Shown here piece after piece: positions 33,911 through 44,309 of a stretch of 44,309 bases of DNA. The DNA comes from Perkinsus chesapeaki ATCC PRA-425 (taxonomy: Eukaryota; Protista; Perkinsozoa). Position 1 is the stretch's first letter. Every line of letters begins with the position of its first letter. Both the position numbers and the translations under genes were made by a program. A model generated the notes under the pieces. The model saw only the letters and a list, made by a program, of their open reading frames with translations, did not search any database and was not told where the DNA came from. The stretch lies in assembly GCA_013115145.1 (NCBI GenBank), contig JAAPAO010000271.1, positions 1 through 44,309 on the forward strand, in the 5' to 3' direction.

Positions 33911-36900
33911 ATGGCATCTATCGATCCCCCACGATTCATTCTCATCCTCAGTAGTGGCAGCACCCAATCAACATCAAAGCCTCTCACTAAGCCTGGTGAT
34001 GTCCTCACCATGGGCCGTCTGCCCCATTGTGATATTGTCTTCAAGAGCAATGCTATAAGTGGATCGCATTGCTCCTTTACCTATATGGATAAAGGGAATG
34101 TTAAGCTGGCAGATACGAGCTTTAATGGTAGTAAGATTAAGTAGAGGTGTGGAATATGGCGGTGGTTAAGGTACCTATGTAAATGGTGAACTTATTGGTA
34201 AAGGGAAATCAGTGTACATTAAATCAGGGGATAGGATAGGCCTCGGTAGACCAATGATCAACACAACAGCAGCAGCAGCTGGCAAAGCAGCTCAGTCAGC
34301 TGTCAGCTTTCTAGCTGAATATACAGCGAAGGTGGGAAGGCATATGGGGAAGGTAGATAAAGATGATAGCAGTTCATTGAGCCTCCTCAAGTTGGTGCAG
34401 CACCATCCCCATCAAGACTTAGAGCAGCTAGTGCCCCGCCGATGCCTAATGAGAAGACTCCTCATCGTAGTGACCACATAGATCGGCCGAAGAGTGCTGT
34501 AGTGGCGAGTGGACAACAGCAGCAGCTGGACGGAAAGGCCGCCGCTGGATGCAAGCCTGTAGGCAGAATAGGTAGTGGAACGGGGAAAGGTGGCGTCGAT
34601 AATAAGCTGTAGATACAGGAGAAGCTACTACAAGCGCGAAGTCGAAGGGAGAAGCTCCCCGTAGGGGTGTGAGGGGAGCGTCTGGTCGGGGGTCTATAAT
34701 GGGGCATCCTCCACCTCCTCAAGGGCAGAGTGTAGGGGTGGGTGGGGAGGAGTGTTAGACTTGATTGCGACAGGGCCAACATCAGATGAAGGTTGAACGG
34801 TCGAGTACGCAGAATGGAATGGAACTGCAGGCCACGCAAAAGCACGCATCATCACCTACTGGGGGCGATATAAGGTGATGAGGGAAGGAGGGTAAGGAAC
34901 AGTGGGTTGGATAGGTCTACAGCAAAGGGGGGCAGGCAGCAGGCAGCGAGAAAACATAGTGCTAGGTCTATAGGCAACGAATCTGAAAGGAGCAGGATAT
35001 TCGGATTGAGTAGTAACGGGGTTTGCCGGCCACGATGATGATGATAAGCCACAATCAGACTCGGCGACGGCAACTGCTTCTTCTTCCTCTGGGTCCTGTT
35101 GGTTATGTCCCAAGAGGAAGGAAAGGGAGGAGTCATTGGTGACCGAGACGAAGGCTTTGAGGGCTCGGTTGGCTAGTAGGGAGGGTGAGCTGGCCACACT
35201 GGAGGAGAGGCTACAGGAGAGTGAACTTACCATGACACTTAAGAAAAGGAAACTGGCAACGGTCGAGGAAAAATACAAAGAAGTTGGTGGGGGCGGCGGG
35301 GCTGTAATGATGGCAGGTGTGTAGGCCCAAAGTGAAGTTACGTCAACAAGGGAGACATTGTCGACCCTACAGGAATCTTACGCCGAGCTGAAGGCGAGAT
35401 GTGAAGGGCTTGTTAATGCAGGAAAGAAGGGGAAGGCTGAGAGGGAGGACCTGGTCGAAAGGGTGATACAACTGGCAGGGATTCGGGCGGACTCAGATGA
35501 CACAATATCTGTCTCCCTGTCTACCTTGACAGCTACCTTTGAGATTTCTTTTAGTTGAATAGTGCAGAAGCCAGAGCAAACACAGCAGAGAGTGAACTGA
35601 TATATAGCCAGGAGAGGGTACATGAGCTGCAACAGAAGCTGGATGAGGAATGTAGGGGCGGGTGGAGGGATGGCAGGGAGAAGAGTTCAGGCCGGCAATC
35701 TAACAGTCTGATGGCTGAGCTACAGGAAGCTCGTCAACACTGTTCGGCGCTAGGGGAGGATCTGAAGGAGGCTATGGTGAAGCTGGAACAGGTAGTGTAG
35801 AAGAGGGGGTGGGAATAGTGGCGGGCATAGGTACTAGGTGATAGCAAAAACCTGGAGGGTGAGGTGGAAAGGTTAAGGGAAGATACTGCCACTGCTTGCT
35901 CAAGTGAGAGGGTGCTGAGATTGAACTCCAGATGGGGAGCTTATCAGTTGCTGCTGCTCGAGAGGGGGCTGGCAAGGACCTGGTAAAGGCGCTATTGGAT
36001 AGTATAAAGAAGTGGGAGATGGAGGGTGGCTGATGGAGGCTGGTGGGTGAGCAGGTTCGAAGATCATGGCAGCTTTGGTGAGCTGCCACCATCGAGGCCA
36101 CCGGTGGAAGTGACTGATATATCACCAGTAAAGATGAGAAGTAAAGGGTTGAATGAAGTAGTAGAGGGATAGTAGTACCGACGGGATTTGGTGAGCAGCA
36201 GGAGGAGGAGGAGGAGGCCATGGACCCTAGGGGAGGAGGAGGAGGAGGAGGCAGCAGGTGTACATCTATGACCCAGGAAGTGGTGTCAGAGCTAGCACAG
36301 GTGCCATCCATCTTCTCGATGCTCGGTATGCTGTCGTCATTCAGTCCCTGCCTAAACCATCGAGTGGCGGGCAGGCCTTAGCATCAATGACGCAATGCTC
36401 GGTAATGGCCCAAATGGGTAACAGTACATCTTCTATCGATGGGTGGGGTGGATACAGCCTCGCCCCCCGTCTCACTGGTCCTTAGGGTGTCTCTGGCTTC
36501 GGCTGATATGTCCAATGCCACACAAAACGACGAGAGCATCGATGCTGTAGGTGAGCTACTCTCTATGGCATCGATTGGTGTTGGTTAGGGGGTTGATGGG
36601 GCAACTCAGGGAAAGGAGAACCATACAGCAGAGGAGCCAACCGCCAGGGTTGAGGAGGTTCACACTTGTTGCTTTTGGTACGGTGTAAGGCAGCTTCAGG
36701 TCCCACAGAGTGAAGAAGGTGTAATGGCGACACAGATGCAGCTGCCAGCGACCATGGGAATGATGCCACCGCCGCCGACAGTAACGGGACAACAGCACTT
36801 TGATGATGATTTCATGGACGAAGAAGAAGTGTCACCGCGCCAGGAAATTGGTGAGGATTGTCCTCCTCTGGAAGCTCCTCAATCCTTGTGTAGCTGTCCA

Positions 36901-37231
36901 AGGTGGAACTTTCGATGACTTGGCAGAGTTTGATATCGATGGCCTTGAGGGAGGACAGCAGCAGCAGCAGGCGGAGGACTTCTCCGAGTACTAATGGCGG
37001 TGCGGGCACCACTCTGCAGTCTACCTCAGTGATTTTGCCGATTTCGATAACTTGTCTCCTCCGCCGCCCCAGGAGGCTCCTAATAATGATGACCTCCTTG
37101 CCGACTTCGACCTCGACGGCTTCTCACCCCTCTCCTTGGGGGGCAAGGCCCGAGGAGGAGGAGGAGCTTCACCCAATGGAGGGGGTATCGACGATGACGA
37201 CTTGGATGCCATCGACTTTGATGATTTCTAG
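33911..37231 (+). CDS. FHA-domain coiled-coil protein with acidic C-terminal motifs
   Basis: FHA signature MGRLPHCDIVFKSNAISGSHC..LADTSFNGTYVNGELIGKG..GDRIGLG; heptad-rich exons ~35130-35800; tail ending DDDDLDAIDFDDF* at 37231. Confidence 0.75.
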
Positions 37232-37416
37232 TATCGTATTGTTCCTTCCATGTTGATTACTTGTACAGTAAATTATATTCAAAGTCACTAGTGGCTTACA
37301 TCAACCATGCATGGCCATTCCTCCCTCACTTTAAGTGTTTCTCTATGTCACCTTACTATATTGTGTTACTAAGTTGACTACACCACCGCGTACTTCACCA
37401 CAGTCATGAGGGCTCT

Positions 37417-37787
37417 ATGGCACCACTGCCTTCGCCGATGCCCCCACCGCCGCCCGAGGCACCTGGGCCAGATGATTGCTGTGGTAGTGGATGCTGCCCT
37501 TGCATTTGGGACACGTAAGCCTGTACGGGTGTTGATGATGTGAGGTCAATATCAGTTATTATGATAAAGTAGAGCGATGGGAGGTAGATAATGGATGCAC
37601 TTTACAGGAGTATTATACGGCGATCAAGGAGCAGGCGAGAGCAGAGCAAGAAGAAGAAGAAGAAGTGTCGAAGTCAGAGGGAAGGTTAATGACTGCAAGG
37701 CACGCCCATGATGCCATTGGCCTCTATTGGAGGCTACGTATGTTGGTAGGTTATCCTTCCCTGGTCCTCCTACCTATCCCTCTATAG
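37417..37787 (+). CDS. Small protein with Oxidoreductase-like N-terminal domain (PF09791-type; 3' end uncertain)
   Basis: Spliced PPPEAPGPDDCCGSGCCPCIWDTYYDKVERWEEY matches the P-x-P-x-D-C-C-x-S-G-C-x-x-C-V/I-W-D-x-Y pattern. Confidence 0.65.
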
Positions 37788-38008
37788 TTCCTCCTTCCTC
37801 CGAGGATGGCTCGGTCCTTGGCTGCCAACGCCCCGATGATGTAGATGACTGCATGCGTTGTGTTTTTCTGATGCAGAATCACCATCTCCATCAGCTCCTC
37901 TGAGAATTCAGAAATGCCAAAGAACCCTCTTAAAAGCTGTGCGGTTTCTTCTTTACCCTTCACTGCTGTTTCGTTTGATACCATTACATCCCCTATAAAG
38001 CCCTCACC

Positions 38009-39757
38009 ATGCCGCCGTCCGCCGCCACCGCCGGTTATGATGATGATCTTGTTCGCCAACTGTCCACCTCAGTCGCTTCCCTTCTCGAGTGGAAAGAGTG
38101 TGCGCGACCAGCCATGAGACATGCCCTACTTGAGCACCTCGAGGACTATGGCCTTCATAGCTTAACCGATGTTAAGTTCGAAGAGGAAAGGCAGGCTCTA
38201 ATGGCAGAGCTCTTCCGCAGCCAAGCCCCTCAGCTAGAGGCACTTCGTAATGCTATTGACACCCTTATTGAGAAGAAGCTCACGGCTATCCTATTGAATG
38301 GGTCCTCGGATAAGTCCGCGTTGGTCCATGCAACCGATCTCGCTGCTAACGCTGCCGTTGCTCTCCTCTATAAGCTCAAGCGCGTCGGCGTAAAGATATT
38401 CCTACCTCGCCTTGCTGCCGCTCGGCCTAACTCCAGACTGCGTAGAATCCTGTGGGACAGGGTGCTTCTTGATGACAACAACAATGCCGGCCAGAAGCAA
38501 ATTCTTAAAGGTCGGCCAGTGGATATCACCACTGTCGATGACGCCATTAAGTCCTCTGGGGTGGCCTTATCGCAAAGGGACATCGCCGAGGTCAAGACCT
38601 TGGTGATGGAGGGCGGGCATGGTTCTGAACCATCCACCATCTACACTGCTATCGTACTGGTGTTGGTTTACGGTATTCATCCACTTAATCATGAAAGGTA
38701 TAAGAAGCTTGCCATAGTCACCGATAGGTGGGACAGAGCATTGAAGTCGACATCGCAGCGTGATGGTGACTCTGGACATGATGGACGCTCTTGGTTGAGT
38801 AGACGCTTCCTCGACGGCAGGCTCGGCAAGGAGTGCACTGAGCTTATTTGGGACCAGCTCATCTTAGCGACACATTCATCAGAGCAAGTATTGGCTAACC
38901 TTACTAGCTTGTGCATGTCATGTCTCTTGCCCCTCCTCAATACGGCCAATGGAGCTCTGAGCGGTGAGGCCCTCCATGCCTCGCTGCGGGCCCGAAGAAC
39001 CGATATTATTAAGCTTGTCTGTGGCGCAGGTGTAGAGCTACAAGGTCCTTCAAGATCTCTCCCAGCTCGGCTGCCCACCCTCGGCCAGCAGCCTCCACAG
39101 CGTCCTCCTCCTGTCCACGTCGATGCTGCCATCCAGTCCGCGGAGGAAGTCCCACTGAAGCCTCCTTGTCTATCGGATGACTCTTTGCGATATGCTGAGG
39201 AACTAATAAAGCGGAAAAAGGCTTCTAACCGTATTGGGCTTGAACTAGAGCTTCATCAAGGCCAGTGCATTGGACTTCCACTAGTGAACCCTTTTGGTCT
39301 GCAGGACTCAGTCGCCGAGGTATGCCCAACCCTGCGCTTCGGGCGGAAGGTTCCGCTCAGATAGCTGACTCTTGCCTTGTAAATGAGGGCGCTGCCCTAC
39401 TGGCCTCATCGACCGTGTCCTCTCTCCGGCATGAGCTGCTGGAGGCTGTTGCCGTGAAGTTCGAAGGCGACAGTAGAGTAGTCGATGATAGAAGCACGAG
39501 TGCCTCGGTGGCGAGAGTGAAGGTGAAGATCGGTAGCATTCTTGGGGGTTGCATTGTCTATAACTCCATCAATTTTAGGATTCGTTGAGACCACGCTGTC
39601 GGTGAATTCCTCAGCAGCGCCGCCAGACTCCAAGACCCTCCTCGATGTGTGCATGCGTGCAGTCGGTAGAGCCGAACTCGGTGATGAAGGGCTTATGATG
39701 GAAGCTTTCAAACAGCTCTACTCCAAACTATCTGTCAAGTCTCCTCATGCTACATAG
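38009..39757 (+). CDS. Hypothetical helical protein (weak TBC-like motif)
   Basis: 451-codon first exon plus short downstream exons; LPRLAAARPNSRLRRILWDRVLL only loosely recalls the start of TBC domains. Confidence 0.6.
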
Positions 39758-39832
39758 GTGTCTCATTCTTATGACTTTGTTGCGTTATCGAGTCGGGGAA
39801 GCGTGCAACTCTGTCGAAGTCTCCGCCAAGTT

Positions 39833-41186
39833 ATGGCTTCTGCCGGATTCGCTGGCCTGCAGGGCAAAAGCGTGCCCTGGGCTGACTGGCGTGAGTGGCT
39901 CTCCTGTTACCAAGGGCTATCGGGGCAAACGATCGAGGAAAAACTCAAGGCTGTCGCCCTAATCGACTTCTGGCGCATCCGAGGGAGAGTAGGTTCGTGT
40001 ATTCCCCGCACTGGTCTTACGGTAGTGCTGTCAGGTACCAGTGGCTGTTGACTGTACTGGTATGATACTACAGATAATGTGCCATGACCCATACTTCTAC
40101 CCAACAACAACAGCCCAAGTGTCTGTTAATGAGTAATTCCGTGGACGCTTTCCCTTATGAAATCCTTTCTATTAGGCTCCAACAGCTGTACAGTCTCGCT
40201 GTTATCCGCTTATGCAACGGGGTGATTGATACAGAGCAGAGGGGGCAGGTTGCCGAGAGCCAGGTAAGGCGCTCTCATCAGGGCAGCTGGTCGTTACCGT
40301 CCCCTCAGGATGCGATCGCCAGGCGAATAGGTTTCCCTACATGGCTCGTAGAGCTCCGTCACGAAGCCACACACGGCAGCACTTTGCCGACCATTCATAT
40401 CCTTCGAATGGCTGCTGAGAGCATCCTGAGGTGCCGCTTGCATCTATCGGTAACATCTAGTGATCCTATCACAGATATCTGGATACTAACTACTGGTCTC
40501 GGCAATACGCTGAACTGGAGTCTCATGGTGTGTTCTCGGCAAACGATACAGACGGTGATTATGGTGTCGTACGATTGTCACGCTCCGACTTCCAGGAGCA
40601 TTGCACGATGCTCCGGAAAAAGCTTGCCTCTCTTGGACGAGGTGTTGGCGTTACGGAAGCCGTAAGCTTATCACGTGAGGAAGGCTTATCTTTTGCGGCT
40701 TAGGTGAAGTATTTCAACTCTGTCTTGAAGAAGGTTGCGTCTAAGGATGATATACGGGACATGTTCTTGGACATCGCGAGGAACATAGCACCCACTACCG
40801 ACAAAGGTGAGGAACCATCGCTATTTCATTGCTCATCCGTTCAATCAGGCGGCTCGGCTGTGGACGTCGCCGCCGGCTCCTTGCAGTATCTCGAGCTAAA
40901 GCGCCCGGGTTTGGGGCAGAGCTTGGTTCATTCCCTTCTAACACGCGCCGATGACAGCGTCGACGGAAAGAGGTTTATGGAATGGTTTGAAGCCCTAAGC
41001 GATAGATCTGCTATCAGTTGTGCTAGAGATGTCTGCTTTAAGATGATGAACGTTAATCCTTTCCTGGTAACAGGACTGGGGAACCCCGACATCGCAGCAG
41101 CCTTCAGCTCTAATGAGCGGCTGGCTGATGACGCTACCCTTAATGAGATCGAGGATTTCGTCAATGGGCTTGAAAACGTATCGTAA
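39833..41186 (+). CDS. LAS1: Las1-like pre-rRNA ITS2 endoribonuclease (HEPN)
   Basis: VPWADWREW..LIDFWRIRGRVPVAVDCT..LYSLAVIRLCNGVID..IGFPTWLVELRHEATHGSTLP, including the HEPN RHEATH motif. Confidence 0.85.
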
Positions 41187-41270
41187 CTTACCGACAGGAG
41201 AGTGTTGAGTTGTCAGTCGGAAGGACTATCGAACAAAACAAGATGCATAATAAAGAAAGTGTTTCAAATA

Positions 41271-44017
41271 TTATACGAATCTTGACCTTGATTTGAGGCC
41301 AAGAAGTAACGATTGTTGATGTTCTGCTGTTGGCGGTGCCATAACGAAAGTGCTCTCAGAACGAAGTGACAAGCAATCAGTTGGGACTGTACTCTTCGGT
41401 GAGATAATGGACTCATTGGGGCTGCAGAGGAGAGATCGTGCTTGAGGGGAATAGGTTGTCGAGAGTCTATGAGCCGGAGTGAACCTGATCAATTAACGGT
41501 GGTGGGCCACTTTCGGTCATCCCTACTTTCTAACGCCTCGCCTTCTTCTGAGGGTATCGGCTCGTTTGGCGTCCGATAGGCAAACGTCCGCCCACGCCCC
41601 AAAGACACGCAATGCTATATCAAGATCATGCTGTATTCGCAACACTCGAACGGTTTCCCGTCGCTTTTGCACCAACTGGGCGAGAGCTAGCCAGGTTTTG
41701 AAATGGCCCGTCAGTATTGAGGAGTGCTCTCGGATCGCGCGGCGCTCATCGAACGCCATTCGAAGGATCCTCCCAATCTGCTCGGTCTCTCTCACATGGA
41801 CTCTCCAGCCTGCCAGAGTAAACCTCGCTAAAGTGGAATTACGCTGCACGACGGCGAGGCGATATTGTTCTCTAGCATGGCGGCATCTCTTCACGCCCCA
41901 CTGCCAGCGACGGAGCCAGCAGGTGACTATGAGGCGCACACCAGCCTCGACTCTTGCACGAGCGACAGAGCACCAATCATGGCAGTGGTTACGCAGTTGT
42001 GTAGCTCGGCGACGATTGAGAAAGTCCCGGATGGAATGGCGGAGAGTTGAGTGGTTCAAGGCCAGTATGAGCCATTTGCGTAGCGCCGATCGAAGCATCT
42101 GAGTACCCCAGTTCCCCAGTATGCCGGGGATACATCTCACCTTATCTCGCGTATCTATGAAATTGTCATCAGCCACACGGTAGAGGTTGAAGACCATGGC
42201 CCATGCCCTCAAAGTTCTTCCCTTTACTCGGGTCTCCACTGTCGACTGAGCAATGGAGTACAGTTCACTGGTGACGTGCCTGAAGGCTGTATGCTACAAC
42301 GACGCTAAGCTATGGGCCATCGAGTTCACCTTAGTCTCACTCTCGCCATCCACCATCTCATCGCTCGCTTACCCAGCGTGCCTCTTCGTCGCTTCGCCAT
42401 TTCCCGAGCGGTCTCTTCCCTTCGGTCTCTCCCCTCCTTCTCCAACATCACCCCTCGTTGATAGCCTGCCCATCCTCGCCTCAACAGCTGCCGATAGCGC
42501 AACTCTCTCACGACCCGGCCATTCCGTCTAACTCGGCCAACCCATCCCTCGAGGAGGACCTTCAAGCAATCTTCAATACGCCGCCGTCGGTGCCTCACAG
42601 CCCGGGCCAGCAACGCCCATTGGCCCACGAGCGACCGAGCATGTGACAGCTTCCGTCGGGCTTCGGCTGCTCTCCCGAGGAGTGTCACCACTGACCAAGC
42701 ACGCCAGCCTGTCAACGCTCGCTGCACTAGTCCAAGGCTCCGGCGAGCAATAAGCCCACCGCAGAGGCGAAGAGTTCGTATCTCCGAAACTCGAGCTCTC
42801 CAGGCGACGAGAAGCCCTCTGAACCTCCTCCTCTCTTTGCTGTTGATAACCCTATTAATAACAACATCCCTCCTCCACAGAATCCATGCAAGACGTCCAA
42901 GTCTTGCCTCACCAGCGGCCTTCCGAGCCAACAACTTCCACCGTATGAACGCCTTTTGCTTGGTTGTGATACGCAGCCATGCCAGTTCAGCGACAATCTG
43001 CCGCCAGCTACATATAGCCCTCCTGAGGATCCAAGATCGGCGGAACTCCTCACGGCGAGCTCGCTCCGTTCTTGTTATCCGGCCAAGTTCCCTTAGGCTC
43101 CGCCCGAGTACGACGCACTTATGATGGAGCTGCGCCAGCTGCCACGTCCTCTGGAGCGCTTCCTTGGTCTTAGTCTTCCATATGCAGATAGCTGCTTGTA
43201 GCATCTTGGCTTGCCAATGGCTTTTGCTGAATGCAACGCTGGCCAGTGTGACCGAAACAAGACGCCTCCAAGAAGCGAAAAACAGCGGGAAAAGGGCTGA
43301 TTTCCATCTACAGTTGAATCGCCATCGCGCCCATGACTCAAGGAACGCTAGGAAGGACTTCTGCTCATACCACCGCTCGAGCCGACGCAGACCTAGGCAG
43401 CGCCGCTTCAAAGCGAGGAACACACAACGTTGAGCGCGCAGGCGGGCGAGGTCCAGTGCTACTGTAAGGGTGTACCACTTAGTGAAGACGCCAGTGAGGA
43501 CTCTAAGACTGACTTTAGTTCTTATCGCGGTCCAGACCAAAGCCTCCTCTCTCCGAACCGTGGCGAGGTAAGACCAAGCGTCCATCACCGACATGAGCAA
43601 GCTGAGCTGATTACGGTGATAAATGCCTTTGATGAGGGCTCGGAGATGTCGGCGTCTCGAAGCGTACGAGCGCAGGCGATTGAGCGCTGGTTGCAGCGCG
43701 TAAAGTAGGTCATCAATTCTTTCAACTCGTTGATGAAGTTCATCTTGTCGGGCAGCGACGCAAAGAGTCAGAGCCCCAGAGCCTAGAGGTGTGTAGTCGT
43801 CTAGTGTCGGCATGAGCGCCACTAGGACAGGTCGCAGTCGCGAACAGACGAGGTTGTTGAGAACCCGAGGGAGCCTCTTCAGCCGAGAGGGCGGCTGGCG
43901 TGGACCTCTTGAACCGCTACGGGGAATCGACACCGTGGAAACTGCCCAAACCGAGTGAACCGAATTAACAACGCGGAGGATGCATGTTGGAGTAACAACA
44001 ACGGTTAACAGAATCAA
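41271..44017 (-). CDS. SFI1: SFI1-like centrin-binding repeat protein (5' end uncertain)
   Basis: More than 20 Trp-anchored basic helical repeats (VMDAWSY, VFTKWYT, FFASWRR, AICSWRQ, AFIRWKL, ALTGWRA, HFKTWLA, VFGAWAD) across ORFs 42326-44017 and 41523-42239; last exon ends at 41271. Confidence 0.7.
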
Positions 44018-44184
44018 ATGTGATGTAAAATGGCTCTCTTGTGGATATCAGCAGCGGAATGTTGAGCTGCCAGAGCCTGGGCCTGCTCTAGCGGGAGCTT
44101 CTCGCTGGGGGGCAACATGCGCCTCTCCTTGCCTGAATACATATAATCTATGTCGTAGATAATATACAGTTGAAGTATTTATTA

Positions 44185-44308
44185 TAATGAGGAAGTGGAG
44201 GCATAAAGATAATATATAAATGTAATGAGGAAGTGGAGGCATAAAGATAATATATAAATGTAATGAGGAAGTGGAGGCATAAAGATAATATATAAATGTA
44301 ATGAGGAA
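44185..44308. repeat. Minisatellite, 38 bp x ~3.3
   Basis: Unit TAATGAGGAAGTGGAGGCATAAAGATAATATATAAATG at 44185, 44223, 44261, partial at 44299. Confidence 0.95.
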
Positions 44309-44309
44309 T

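Overview
This is eukaryotic, gene-dense, intron-rich DNA with mostly ~30-60 nt GT-AG introns, very short intergenic gaps and trinucleotide-rich introns. The style fits an alveolate such as Perkinsus; that is inference, not shown. I spliced exons by hand, so internal boundaries are approximate. About 17 protein genes are present. Left arm: four intronless paralogs of a secreted Cys-containing family (one runs off the left edge and is absent from the ORF track), two small spliced orphans, a tandem zf-CW protein and an ODF3/SHIPPO-repeat protein. Centre: a ~10.3 kb minus-strand gene encoding a signal peptide, seven apparently circularly permuted discoidin/F5-8C-like modules, a Cys-rich module and >=15 hydrophobic segments, then a Zn-finger/C2/PRT_C (MCTP-like) gene. 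Right arm: PNUTS-like, CASC1/DNAI7, an FHA coiled-coil protein, an oxidoreductase-like mini-protein, an orphan, LAS1 and an SFI1-like gene. The best candidates for new biology are the giant lectin-repeat polytopic membrane protein, the secreted family with a conserved 3' non-coding block, and two tRNA-3'-half-like fragments inside short introns. I found no CRISPR array, rRNA, complete tRNA or recognisable transposase.
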